In this document: positions 27,522-40,132 of the stretch, in pieces
How the letters are laid out: every line of letters begins with the position of its first letter
How positions within the stretch are numbered: the first letter of the stretch is position 1
Assembly: GCA_024704765.1 (NCBI GenBank)
Contig: JAKMXF010000334.1
Coordinates: 186,001 to 250,000, forward strand
DNA length: 64,000 bases
Source: Oopsacas minuta
Taxonomy: Eukaryota > Animalia > Porifera
Reading direction: 5' to 3'
Notes under the pieces: generated by a model
Database searches by the model: none
What the model was told of the DNA's origin: nothing
What the model saw: only the letters and a program-made list of their open reading frames with translations
Translations under genes and position numbers: made by a program

Positions 27522-28628
27522 ATGGCTTCACAATTGAAATCAGCATTTATCCTATTCACAGTAATAATATTACATATGTCTGTACTATCTGCCTTGCCTG
27601 TCAGTGCATCATCAGATCCCAGTATAAAGGTAGGAATAACCGGAGCGGATACAGCCCCAGAAACTTTGATTCAATCACACTCCAATTTAGTCAGTCTTCC
27701 CGTATCTGATGGAAATCTACACATCTATGCACTACCCGTAGGGAATGGAGATGCTAGCGTAATACAGTGTCCTCAGGGTGATATTATTATCCTAGACATG
27801 GGACAAATGAGTGACGAAGGTTGGCAACCTAGCCAAGTAAAATCATTCATGGCAAACAATCTTCACAGTCTAACAACTATTATAATCTCTCACCCGACTG
27901 AATCCCATTACATGATACTTACTGAACTGATAACTGCATACAGTCAGGTCCCTGCATTAACAAGAGTTATCCTAGCCGGACATTATTATGATTATGACAG
28001 ATACGAGATGATCTTCTGGATGAACAAGTTCCAGCCTATCATTGAATTTGTTAATTCAGGTTTTCCCTGTGTGAGTGACTGTAGTATCGAACCCCCATCA
28101 TGTAAAGGCAGTAACCATACTGTCTCGTTTAAAATACTGGCTGCCAACCTAGGTGAGTATAGGCAAGGTCGGAGTATCACGATGCATATCAAAACAGAGA
28201 AGCCTAACTTTCAGCTGTTCTGGCAGGGAGATGTCCGTGGTTTAGACATTGAGGATCAGATCGTGAATGAATGGCATGCGATGGGATACTCTCTAAACTC
28301 TACACACATGAAGATCGGGAATAGAGCTTCTAAATACGATGAGTCTAATTCTGAGACTTTATTGAGAGCAGTCACCCCTCAATTTGCCTTCTCATCCAAT
28401 CCCTACCCCGGGAAGTGGAATCTTAAGCCTGACTGTAGGACTATATTCAGACTGGTGGGTATTATGAGTATCGGTAAGAGATCACGATCTGGTAATTACG
28501 CTTGTCAGAATTATAACACATTAGAAGTGGAACAGTATGAGAACTGGTGCTACAACATATTCACGACCTCACCCTCTCCTAGTGACAAATCTGTGGTAGC
28601 AATCGATGTGGACTTAATTGCGGATTAA
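27522..28628 (+). CDS. Secreted ComEC/Rec2-like metallo-beta-lactamase-fold protein, single exon
   Basis: 368 aa; hydrophobic signal peptide; LHIYALPVGNGDASVIQCP..IILDMG..IIISHPTESH..FWQGD..HMKIG..AFSS follows the ComEC/Rec2 MBL motif order (VGQGD / LIDxG / THxDxDH / FTGD / KVxHHGS / HP). Confidence 0.7.
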   Translation: MASQLKSAFILFTVIILHMSVLSALPVSASSDPSIKVGITGADTAPETLIQSHSNLVSLPVSDGNLHIYALPVGNGDASVIQCPQGDIIILDMGQMSDEGWQPSQVKSFMANNLHSLTTIIISHPTESHYMILTELITAYSQVPALTRVILAGHYYDYDRYEMIFWMNKFQPIIEFVNSGFPCVSDCSIEPPSCKGSNHTVSFKILAANLGEYRQGRSITMHIKTEKPNFQLFWQGDVRGLDIEDQIVNEWHAMGYSLNSTHMKIGNRASKYDESNSETLLRAVTPQFAFSSNPYPGKWNLKPDCRTIFRLVGIMSIGKRSRSGNYACQNYNTLEVEQYENWCYNIFTTSPSPSDKSVVAIDVDLIAD

Positions 28629-31600
28629 CCTTCAGAAGGTCACAGTATATTTTAACCTTATTATTCAGCCTTAGTCTACTACTACAAAATATACTGTATT
28701 ATTTTCATGTACGTATATGCTATGCTGGTTATGTTGGAATATTTTTATACTATTATTCTGTGCTCGTATTATTTCAGTATAGCTATATTTAGTGAGGATT
28801 AAATTATACACATACACCAATGTTTCTTAACCTTTCCTAACTGCGGCTTTCAAAGGTCCGAAAACTAAGCCCTGACAGGATTTTAACAAATTTGATTCCT
28901 GCCAGTGACTTTTGGTGGCACACTTAACAACATTCTGAGTCACAAAATGTGTCACTGAACACAGTCACCAGTTGAGAACCACTGACATACCAGTTTTGAT
29001 ATTTTGTAGATTTATGTTCACCTCTGAGCGAACTGATAATATGTAGTATAAGTATTTTGTTGCAAAATCTAGTACACTAAACCCAAAAAAGATAATTCAA
29101 AAATTTCTCAGGTTTTATATTCCGGTGTATGACTCAGATGTTATTTGGTTATTTTAAATTCGTATATCAGTTGTAATTTCATAGTTTGGGGATTATTTCT
29201 TTAGTAATTGTTCTGTCTGATCTTTAGCAATAATAATGTACTTGATATCTATGATAGTGCATACGTAATTATTACAAAAGTCCACCATACACGATGCAAC
29301 TTTGTTGTATACAACAAGGCAAAGCAACATACACCAACAAAGTTGCGTGAAACAATACCATTTTCATGTGACTTTGTTGCAAGAAAATAGAACATGTTCT
29401 TATTTCCATGCAACAAGTTGCCTAAAACATTGCTGAACCCAACTCTTACGTTTACCATACACCAGTGTTTCCCACAAGATTTTAGTAAAACGCTTAATAT
29501 TTTGTTTGAGTGCAGCCTTCTCCACATATACTATATTATTTACTATATAGAGACTCCAAAATTTAACTCACCGAGATTAGCAGAGAGCGCCATTTAATGA
29601 CTTACGCGCGTTAAAGGGAGCGCTTACCGCGGTTTGTGAGAAACACTCCAGGGCTTTAGAAACTAACAGACAAATCATGTGAATTGCAGAATATTTATCA
29701 GATGAGTTCAATTTATATTAATGATATGTATTAAATTATTCACTATACTAGTTGACATTTCGAGATATACTTAGAGAGTTGCTCTCAACAGATATATAGG
29801 GGGTAATCAAGTACGCTGAATCCGAATAAGATATTTTAAACTACGTATTGTGAACATTTGTTATTTTTAGGTATTTGTTTAATTTATATTCATACAAACA
29901 ACAATAAATTTACATATGAGAAACTTGAAAATGCGAAATTCAGATTCAGCGTATTCTATCATATACCAGTGTAACCCAGTGTAATTGTTTGCTTTTTTCC
30001 TATATCGAAAAACAGTTACTTAAATTTGACATTATTTATTCTTTGTATTCTCAGGAACAATTGAAGAAATGTCAATATGTGAAACTTTAGCTCTATTTAG
30101 AGTAATATGGAATTACCTAAGTATTGTTTGGGCGTTAATCTGATATTTTAAATATTAAATTTATTATTTAAAATGCGTGACATCAAGGCTACCCTTGGAT
30201 TTAGGGTTATCTACTCCTGAATCCCGCGATTGGAAAACCTAATCTGATTCGCCTAATCGTTGTTTCAGTGTAAATCGTGGAAAACTCTTCAATTTTTCAA
30301 CATTTCTTGATATTGTCGTATGTAATATTGGGAAATTGGCAATGATATATCCCTGTAATGATATCCCTGTAATTTCTAATAGAGTTTGGTAAGTAAGAAA
30401 TATAATCTGGGAAGGAATGCTATGGGAACGAAAAATCCAAAAGGAATAGTCAGGATACGAAAATTATGGAGACAAAAGTCTTAGTACAGAGTTAATTAAT
30501 TGCTAAAGTCAATATTATTACTAATTACAGAATCTCGGGTTAACAGCCGCGATCATTCATTAATTATATGAACCAGTATTATCTCCTTAATTGTAATTAA
30601 CTATACAAATACCTTCAGACAATTCACCATATGTTTAACGCTGTGCTTTCCCTCTCTTAAACCATATAAACTTTCATTATTATTCTAATTAATCCAACAT
30701 ACTCGACCAATCTTGTATTGATTCTTACAATTGCTAGATTTGCATTGTTCCCATTTTAATCAATTGGAGCTAAACTGCACTCAGAACTGCCAACACCTGA
30801 TGGCATTCTAGTCAACTTCTATAGACTTTTCAGATTCTGAGAAACCTTGACGCTATATTTATTCAAGAATCTCTTTATCATTAAATAAGCTAAATTTCTA
30901 GAAACACGGTTTGTTGTACTGACTTTAATGAACAATTATTTATTTATCCAATAATTTAGTGCTGAATTGTGATTACTTTATTTCCCTGAATAAGTGTCGG
31001 GGGTACAAAAATGTCTCCAAAACTTGTGAATTAAATTTAACACCATCTTCTAGAAAAATCTTTTTGATGAAATTTACTTCTCATTTGACTATGCAACTAA
31101 TTAGGATAATTAGTTTCCCAAAATCTTTTCTATTTTCAAAAATTGTAACGAAGATACCAAAAAATGCCCACGAAAAGAATAAGCTCCCAGCCGCGTATTC
31201 AGGGAAATACGGTAAGAATTTACTAGCTGTCAGCTATATGGTTGCATATATGTAAAATAAGTCTATGTTATCGACATTTCACTTAAAGTTATATTAGAGG
31301 CAATAGAAGAGCTGGTTTTCCCAACCCATTGTAATTTGAACCACATAATCTTTGGTAAGGAAACATAGCTCTATTGGAAACCTGCGCTAATTTCAAATGT
31401 AATTACACTAAATTTCGTAAGATCTAATTTAATTATATTCCATTTATATAATATCTGTATTTGTGTATGTGATTATAACCTATAATTTAAGGTATATTAT
31501 CTTCCGCCAGAACAACACTGTTTGTTTATATTAGTACCTGATGTGTCTGAGTATATAAATCCACACTCTACAAAGGGAAATGTTGAAATGATACCAATAT

Positions 31601-32268
31601 ATATAGCGTATCATTTTAACCATTTGCCAAATTAATTGCTTTGTTTGCCAAAATAATTGAATTCATTTTGCCAAGTTACTGGCGCATCCCTAACTATATC
31701 ACACTAAAATCTAATTACTCTGATGTATAAATAACTATTAGTTTTAAACCAGAGAATGAGCCTGAACAAGATTCATTTATGTAAATTGACAGATATCGAT
31801 GTATAAGAATATCTTAGTTACATGGGCGAATAAGAATATAACGAAGTATTCGCAATTCTGAAATGGTCGAATACTTTGTCCTTTAACTGTATATATTGCT
31901 ATCGAGCATTCCTGCTAAAAGTGTGATCATAATAGGAGAAGTATAGCCATAATGTGGCACATGTAGCAAAGGGAATTCCAATAGTCAGCTGATTACCATT
32001 GATATTTAAATAATAAATTGAAATGTTTTATGTAGCATATCTTAGAATAACAATGCATATTTTTATCAGATTAATCAGAACAATCTAATTATTCATTTTC
32101 TCACCAAACCTAGTCGAATAGTTTCTTGAAATAATTATACCTTTATTATATAAAATTATAACTACTCATGCTAGCTTTATAAAAGCAGTATACAATTACT
32201 AATTATGCGCAGAATGCTATTTAACACTCCAAATATGAATTATTTATTATTACTAGATTGCTTGTATT

Positions 32269-33324
32269 ATGGAGTTAAAGTGGGGTATACTGAGTGCGGG
32301 CAAAATTTCGAATGATTTTGTATCCGCTATTAAAACGCTTCCATCAGCGGAACACCAGGTGGTGGCAGTAGCCGCAAGAGATAAGAAATCTGCTCAAGAA
32401 TTCGCGATTTTTCACACCATTCCTAAATTCTACGGTGGTTACCAGGGCCTATTCACAGATGAAGAAGTACAGATAGTGTATATTGGTAAGTTTGTCCCTT
32501 AATTTATAAACGAACATTTATCAACTGCTATTTTAGGAGTTACGAACCCACAACACCTAGAATGCGTGAGACAAGCCTTAATACACAAGAAACATGTGTT
32601 GTGTGAGAAACCCCTCGGGATTAACTGTCGAGAAGTAGAGGAGATGATTACAATAGCAAGAGCTAACAAGGTATTCTTTATGGAAGCATTATGGAGTAGA
32701 TTTCTACCCAGCACTACAGCATTAAGAGAGGAGTTAATTAAAGGTAGTATAGGAGAGATACGTTACATCCAAGCTGAAATAGGTATTCATCCTTTGCCTA
32801 TGCCTACTAGACTGAGTGACCCTGACTTAGGGGGTGGTTCAATACTAGACCTTGGTGTGTATGCGGTTAATATCGTGAGCATGGTGATGGGTAATAAACG
32901 TCCGTCTAAGATTTATGTAGCAGGATCAAGAAATGATAAGGGAGTAGATGAGTCAGCTTATTTCACTTTGGAGTATCCTGGAGACGTTGTAGCACAGTTG
33001 GCATGTAGTGTTGTAGTCGAAATGGGTAATGCTCTGAGCGTGTACGGTTCAAAAGGATTTCTGCGGTTGGTAGCACCTTTCGCTGCCACAGAAGAGCTAG
33101 AGACCAGTGATGGAGTCAGAGAATTTCCCTTTCCACCATCTGATGCTAAATTTAACTTCAGGGGTTCAGTTGCTCTGTGCTATGAAGCAGCTCACTGCAG
33201 AGAATGCATAATGCAAGGAAAGATAGAGAGTCCAATAATGCCTTTAGAAGATAGCTTGGTTGTGTGTGGTATACTGGACGAAGCTAGGAAACAATTAGGC
33301 GTCAAGTTCCCTCAGGACATCTGA
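32269..33324 (+). CDS. DHDH: Trans-1,2-dihydrobenzene-1,2-diol dehydrogenase / D-xylose 1-dehydrogenase (Gfo/Idh/MocA family); exons 32269-32485 and 32537-33324
   Basis: LKWGILSAGKISNDF, KHVLCEKP, FFMEALWSRF, GGGSILDLGVY; 51-bp GT-AG intron joins VYIG/VTNPQH in frame. Confidence 0.93.
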
Positions 33325-33433
33325 TAGTTACTATACATGTATAAGTATTTATATTTCTTATTTCTAATTTTTGGTTTATCACAAACCTGTATTCTCCTTA
33401 TGTCTGAATAAAATGAAGGGTTGCACATGAGTG

Positions 33434-33509
33434 CAGAGTTGGAATCGGGTTCAGGTACCTTGGGTCGCGTCGGGTCGGGTTCTGAAAAGTGGACCCAATT
33501 CCAACTCTG
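33434..33509. mobile_element. 76-bp hAT-type MITE
   Basis: TIR CAGAGTTGGAAT / ATTCCAACTCTG; perfect 8-bp TSD CATGAGTG on both sides. Confidence 0.85.
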
Positions 33510-33785
33510 CATGAGTGACATGACAAACTGAATTTAAGTTCGCTAATACACAGCAACATTAATATAGATTTGCAAGTTTATTAGTTATTTTAGTTATCAC
33601 ATGTAATTACATTGGAGTTGCAACAAACTTGATTCTCACTCAATTTCTTATTCTGTAAAATACATTAATTTATTGCTGCAACGAATTTAAATATCCTAAC
33701 CAATCAAATTTAAGTTCTGCGTTAGAAGCGATTGCTCTCACTATAAATACGTTAGGCTTAATTATATCTGAGATTAGTAATAGGA

Positions 33786-34841
33786 ATGGCGAATACATAT
33801 TTCGATACCCCTTTAAACCTTTCTGAAACATTACTAGTTAGTCTATGTCGTGGGAGCTATGGGGGATTCGATCCAGATTTATTTGCTGAAAAGTATGAAG
33901 ATCATATATGCGCTATTTGTTTGGGTATTTTACGTAATCCAGTCTGTACTAAATGCAAGCATTTTTTCTGTGAATCATGTTTTGGCTGCATAAGGGATAA
34001 TGAGGACTGTGCTAGATGTCCGATAGATAGAAACAAGTTATTGCCTCATGAGTACTATATAGCCCGGACAACGCAGAAAGAGATAGAATCCAAACTTATT
34101 CTCAAGTGCCCATGGTCCAGTGAAAGTTGTAAATGGTCAGGGAATTTAAAACAGCTTGTCACGCATATAGAAGATGATTGTGAATACGCGTTTATTAAGT
34201 GTAGAGAGTGTCCAAAAGAGATTCGACGAAAATTTATGGACAAACACGAGATAGAACATTGGAGAAGTAGATGTAGAAACCTATTGAGTTCTATTAAAAA
34301 CCGCACAAGTCCAGTATGGTTTATACAGAAAGATACATGGACAATATTAAACCAATCAAGAAAAGTTCTAGATAATTTCGTAACTCCATTTTACTGGGCT
34401 ATACCGGGTGTGGAATCTCTAATAGGGAGAAGATGTATACTGTTCTCACCCCCTATTCTAACTGATTACTACGGATACAGGTATCAAGTACGGATTAATA
34501 TGGGTGGATACGGGGATGGATATGGGCGGTTTATTTCTGCATATTTGTACCTCATGAATGGCCCGAATGATAAATCACTGCGATGGCCATTTGCAGCTAA
34601 TTTTCAGCTGACTTTGTTGGATCAACGTTTGAAGGAAGAAGATAGAGGTCAACATTTCGCGAAAACATTACAATTCCTTTCGCACCCAGCTCTATTCAAC
34701 TCTCCATTAGCAGGAGAGTCTAGGAATACTGGACTTGGTTGGGGACGATTTGCATCGTTTCAATTGTTACAGGATAATTACTGTGTTGAGGATACGATTG
34801 TAGTTTGTGTGGAATTAACGACGAAGTTTCAACCTTCTTAA
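33786..34841 (+). CDS. RING-TRAF zinc finger-MATH protein (TRAF4/6-like), single exon
   Basis: Intact C3HC4 RING (CAICLGILRNPVCTKCKHFFCESC..CPID), CPWSSESCKWSG, MATH (LFSPPILTDYYGYRYQVRINMGG, ISAYLYLMNGPNDKSLRWPF, GLGWGRF). Confidence 0.92.
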   Translation: MANTYFDTPLNLSETLLVSLCRGSYGGFDPDLFAEKYEDHICAICLGILRNPVCTKCKHFFCESCFGCIRDNEDCARCPIDRNKLLPHEYYIARTTQKEIESKLILKCPWSSESCKWSGNLKQLVTHIEDDCEYAFIKCRECPKEIRRKFMDKHEIEHWRSRCRNLLSSIKNRTSPVWFIQKDTWTILNQSRKVLDNFVTPFYWAIPGVESLIGRRCILFSPPILTDYYGYRYQVRINMGGYGDGYGRFISAYLYLMNGPNDKSLRWPFAANFQLTLLDQRLKEEDRGQHFAKTLQFLSHPALFNSPLAGESRNTGLGWGRFASFQLLQDNYCVEDTIVVCVELTTKFQPS

Positions 34842-35908
34842 TTTGTGGGATAACTAAATGGGTAGTCATTATATTAGCTTACAATAGCTTGGAATTGTTC
34901 TTATCAATCGTACTCATCCGCCGTTCAATGCTAGTTCTGAATATTATTATTTACATAATGTATATTGGATAATGTGTGCAATACCTGGAACTTGCTATGC
35001 TATATAGTTGTTATTATTCTATTTAATCCAATAAATTAAAATCATTTGGATATTCATGCCGTTGGAGACGGTCCCGTTGGTCGGGTTCAATCGGACCAAT
35101 TTTACATTGGTTAGTGCAGTGAGTATAGGGAAATCGGATAAACTTAGCAGGGATAGCATAGACAGTATAGTGGATAATTATAACCTGATCAATACAAATA
35201 AATATCCCTGCTAACGCTTATAAGATGAACAGATATTTTGTTATCTGGTTAGTGTGGAAATTTTGTTGAAGTACATACTAGAGCAGTACAACCGACTCTT
35301 GTTACACTAAGACGCATAAGGAGTGAGGAATACAAACTTTGATTCCCCCAGCTTAAAATATGGCGAAATATATCGTACAAACAAACTCTGTGCTAATTGC
35401 TATGGTTTATTACAAGTGCTTCATATGCATTGTAGAGAATAGGATTTGTATATATGTGGAATTTGTCAAATGTTGATTTTCCAAATGAACATCGAATATT
35501 CTTCTTAGGATTCTATAGAGAAGTCCAGTGTCTTTGTAATTTGTATTTGATGTTGGCCAGGGCATTTTATAGGTCCAACGTTTAATTTGGAAAAATATTG
35601 GTCCGATACAATTTCGAAAATTCGTTTAAGGCCTTAATAGAATTCTATGATAGTGGGATTGGTCGATTTATCACAAAGGATTCAGATTTACGCTAATTTT
35701 ATTGTGAATGATACGTATTCTAAACAGAATGAGGGGCGATTAATGTGTTAAAGATAATTAGGTGTATTAATAAATATCTAATAGATAGAATTACATAAAA
35801 TATGAAATATAAAATTATAGAAAGTATAAACACTTAGAAGTGATAAATGTTGAGTAAATACTATCCTATAGCTATAAGTCCTAAATATCTACTAGTAGTT
35901 ATTTCGAA

Positions 35909-37729
35909 TCAGATCATAAAGAGAGAGAAGACAAATGCCAGAAATATAACTGACATTGTCACTTGGAGGGAACTGCCATCAGAAGTACCAAAAGTACCCT
36001 CGATACAAATTGCTGGGTCACAAGGGGAACCTTCTAGAGTAAATGAATTCGCATTACTGGCACCTTTGACAGAAACGTAAATTGAGTATGTTACATTTTC
36101 AGTATCTCTTCTTGTAATGTTCACATCTTCTGAGAGAGGAGATATCACAAGTTCTTTGTATGTATCAGAGGATGAAATCTCTAAATCATTGTCATACTCG
36201 TATGGATGCGGAGTAACTCTAGAAGCATACAAGAAAGTCAGTCCTATTTCGTCAACAACTACTATCATTAAGTTCATATTATCTTGAACTTCGAATTGAT
36301 AATATTGGAATTCATCCTGCAAGACAACTCCTATAATTATAGAATTTATCGGGATGGGTTGTGATTCATAACACGTAGTAGCTGTGAGGGTACTTGCAAA
36401 ATCACTCAAATCTGTAAATGAATCAAGTATATAAATATGAGGAGGGGGAGAGGGAGAAGCTATCACATTCAATTGATTAATGTCATACCCCCCGATGCCT
36501 ACGACATAGATTATGATATTACTATCTCTGACATTCATAGCTGGGATTTCTACCGAATCGCCAGCTTTACCATCGGTCAGGACAATTAAAATCTTTGGAA
36601 GCCCCAGTGTATCTGGACGGAGGCCATTTAGTTCAGTAAATTGATCACCTTGTGTTAAGTTTAACGCACTTCCTAATTGTGTACCTCCCCCGATCTTTGT
36701 GATGTTATCGATAGCGTTGTCATAATCCTCTTTACTCTTATAAGATGATAAATAGAAGACGGTTGTATAGAAGGAACCGAAAAGAGAAAGTCCAAATCGA
36801 GTTCCATCCTCATCAGCTAGGTCTTCATCAGAAAAAGCGTTGATAATTCGGCTAATAAAATCTAAAGCAAGCGAGAAATCACTACTGCTGATACTCCCAG
36901 ATTGATCCAAAAGAAATACTACATCCACAGATCGAGTGCATACCTCTAGGACAGCACGGATGATATCTGCTTCATTATTTCTTCTCTTAAGGTCACCCCT
37001 CTGCTGAATTTCGGGGTTATTATAGAAATTCTCTAACTCATTAATAGCACCCTCCCAATCATTTTTGATGACTAAATTCCAGAACTTAGGGTACTCAGGG
37101 TAAGCTTCCGGCGTACCAAACTGAAACCATACGTCAGAAATAGCAGTCCTTATACCTCTAGGAAGTGATGCGAATTCCGGAAGGCCTGATCCGCGCTCAG
37201 CGTTATAAGTCGTTTGTACACTTTCCACAATGAGGTCTTTCACCTTAGTAGTCAGGTCTTTCGCTTCATCTAATGTCAAGGCTAAAGGATTTTCAATAAT
37301 CGCACAAGCAGCATCGTTCTGTGTAAGACCGAAGTATGGTTCTAATTGATTAATTACTGTTGCTTCTACACTAATGTCAGTGAAGTACTCACCGTTCTTA
37401 GATCCTAGATCCACTCCTCCTCCGATAGTAACACCACTCGTTCCTAGAACTTCTCCGTCATCAGAGTTGATTGGCACATATCCGCATTTAGTAAGTCCTT
37501 CGTGACATGTAACGAATTCGTTGTATATGAGAGGTAGGTCAGTGGATGTACCCTCTGGTATTCCAGCTTTCCAGCTAGTTGGACAAGAAAGCATCTCCAA
37601 TTTACAATCCGTTGGAACACGGGGATTATTGATGTACAGACGAGGTTTGTAAGGGGTAGTACAAACGAGTGCTGTGCATACAGCAAGCATAGAGAAGAAG
37701 GTGTAGAAGAAAATCTTCAACATTGCCAA
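35909..37729 (-). CDS. Signal peptide + pesticin-like (T4-lysozyme fold) muramidase + VWA + PPC-like beta-sandwich + putative GPI signal, single exon
   Basis: 606 aa; HEG..GYVP..SGVTIGGGVDLG pesticin-type motif; VWA with MIDAS (FLLDQSGS, GGTQLG, LTDG); C-terminal GTSDGSS + hydrophobic tail with no cytoplasmic segment. Confidence 0.85.
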   Translation of the reverse strand: MAMLKIFFYTFFSMLAVCTALVCTTPYKPRLYINNPRVPTDCKLEMLSCPTSWKAGIPEGTSTDLPLIYNEFVTCHEGLTKCGYVPINSDDGEVLGTSGVTIGGGVDLGSKNGEYFTDISVEATVINQLEPYFGLTQNDAACAIIENPLALTLDEAKDLTTKVKDLIVESVQTTYNAERGSGLPEFASLPRGIRTAISDVWFQFGTPEAYPEYPKFWNLVIKNDWEGAINELENFYNNPEIQQRGDLKRRNNEADIIRAVLEVCTRSVDVVFLLDQSGSISSSDFSLALDFISRIINAFSDEDLADEDGTRFGLSLFGSFYTTVFYLSSYKSKEDYDNAIDNITKIGGGTQLGSALNLTQGDQFTELNGLRPDTLGLPKILIVLTDGKAGDSVEIPAMNVRDSNIIIYVVGIGGYDINQLNVIASPSPPPHIYILDSFTDLSDFASTLTATTCYESQPIPINSIIIGVVLQDEFQYYQFEVQDNMNLMIVVVDEIGLTFLYASRVTPHPYEYDNDLEISSSDTYKELVISPLSEDVNITRRDTENVTYSIYVSVKGASNANSFTLEGSPCDPAICIEGTFGTSDGSSLQVTMSVIFLAFVFSLFMI

Positions 37730-39200
37730 TGAAAATACAAGATTTGTATCAAATAATTAGATAATAGAATTCGAAAGTGTAACTGAGTAATGTATTGCAG
37801 TTACATGTTTATATTTATAACACACTATAAATGTCATCAATACCAAGATGTGTAGAGCATAAAGCGATTGAGCCCATAAGATTCCATTCCATTCCTTTAT
37901 TGAATACACAATACGTAACCATTACTATTACACATTTCATTCATGATTTACTACTGATTGATTCAATTAGTGTAAACTGGAACAATTCGTGACTGATTCT
38001 ATTGGTTAATCTGAGATGTATTAATTAATCCATTTTCCGAAAATTATTTCTGCCACGGAAAGTCGTTCTGGATAGATAATCCTAATTTAGAAAACATACA
38101 TTCCATGGAATCCATTAGATCAGTGGTTCCCAGCCTGGGGTCTATGTACCCCTTGGTGGTCCATAGGATCTGTTAAAATTGATATTGGGGTTCACGGGTA
38201 AAAAATTTGACACCCGCTACATTAAATGATAAGAATTCCAAAGATGGATTAAAGTAAGCAACACACACTAATTAAATACAGTTAGGACTATATTTGGTAT
38301 CACCTGTAAATTTAGGCTTTATGCATAGGCGGCGTGTCATGCATAGTGGAGGATCCGGGAATTGCTAGTGGGGAAATATCATCCAGCTGGGGGCTTTGGG
38401 GCGTACCCTGGGTGGAGCCCATGGAAGACAATTCTATTTTCATTTTCCAATCACATTAGTTGCCTTTCTACTGTCAGCTGTATGTAATGCTGAATACTCA
38501 TAAAGCTTGAAAAATTTCGCGATTTACAATGAACCTAAATTACATCATTGTGTAGTTACTGTATTACATATAATATTTGGTCTATATTAGCACAGGGTAA
38601 CATTCAAAGAAATTAGCTACGTATAAATATTGTTTCTAATTAGACAATGGTATGATAAGCTAATATGTGTTGTCTTGTTCATAATAATAGTATATCCAAC
38701 AGTTAGGGAAACTTTCATCCGTAGGTATATACCTGGGGTTAAGGTATTTTAATATGATATCGAGATATGGTGACCAGAAGAGTTTTTACCAAACCTGCAC
38801 ATTATCAGGTTGTCAGAAAAAATGCTGGACCTCCCTGGATAAAACTTAGGAAAAACTAAGTATGCTATAAAAAGTAACAGTTATAAATTATCAATAGATT
38901 TATTCATGTACGTACTATATGCTGTGAAGGAAGCAAAAAACTCGCGCCAAGATATGTAAATATAGTGACGTGTTTACTAAGGTGAAGAAATTGGACAGCA
39001 AAAAACACTGGATAAACCATATATAAGTGGACATAACCAATTTGCTTCAAATAAAGGGCAATGGTAACTGTAAGATTCGAACGAAGCGAGGATAAAATTT
39101 AATGTTTGCTATTCGAGCTAGTGTTTCTATGTATTGACATAATTTTCGATACCACTATGATTCAATATCAAGTATAATTATCCTGGTGGTATCCCTACAC

Positions 39201-39324
39201 CAGTGGTTCTCAACCTGGGGTCCGCAGCCCTAAAATGTTTTCGTTATGTTTATTGGCAGGGGTCCGCGAACCCCATAAAATGGACCAAAGAGGTCCGCAG
39301 AAGAAAAAAGGTTGAGGACCAATG
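39201..39324. mobile_element. 124-bp hAT (Charlie-like) MITE; related ends at about 10593-10711, 28970-28985 and 38121
   Basis: TIR CAGTGGTTCTCAACC / GGTTGAGGACCAATG; perfect 8-bp TSD CCCTACAC. Confidence 0.85.
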
Positions 39325-40132
39325 CCCTACACCTTCAAATACATGAAATTTAAAGATCTGACTAGTTTGATACTCTATAACGATTACATTACATAAGGGG
39401 TCGATGTTGGAAAGGGCTGGTAGGGCACACTAACATTAGATTCATACCTGTGTCCCATCAATGGTGGCCCGCTAGCGCTAGCAACTCTCACGATTTCAGG
39501 TCTACAAATACTACAGAATCCCTGGTATTTTCATGAAAACAATAGTAAATAGCACATCTCACGATTTCCCTGTGAATGACACTATAGCCGCAATTAGGGC
39601 GATTTTGGGTCGGCATATGTCCACCCAAAATGCATAACCCTGAACTGCACTACCAGTCTGTAGGCTGGACATTTTTTGACCTTTTTTAGTCCACATCGGC
39701 CATAGGCGCCGAACGAGTATAATTCCCAAGGGGGCGGGAGCATTATGTAATTGTGTGGCTAATAATTCTCTTTATAAAGCAAATAATATAGTATATACAA
39801 TTATATATTAATTTTGACTCTGATTAACAGGGTCACATCGGGACTACACATTTTTTACCCGTTTAAGCGGAGCTATTTAATACACTGGTGACATATATTG
39901 TTACACTACAATATATATAGTAATTCTAAGGAATACACGAGGGGGGTAGCCCCTTGATCTTCGGCGCCCATGCATACTAATTTTCCCCTTTGATAGCCAA
40001 ACCGACATTTCGTCAACGAAAATTGTTTTCCTCACTGGCCTTTCGGATATTTAAACTTGTTCGCCCATTTCACTCGTAGTCTTTTATGATTCTCCGTTAA
40101 ATTATTGGATTAGTTTTCAATATAGCTTACAA

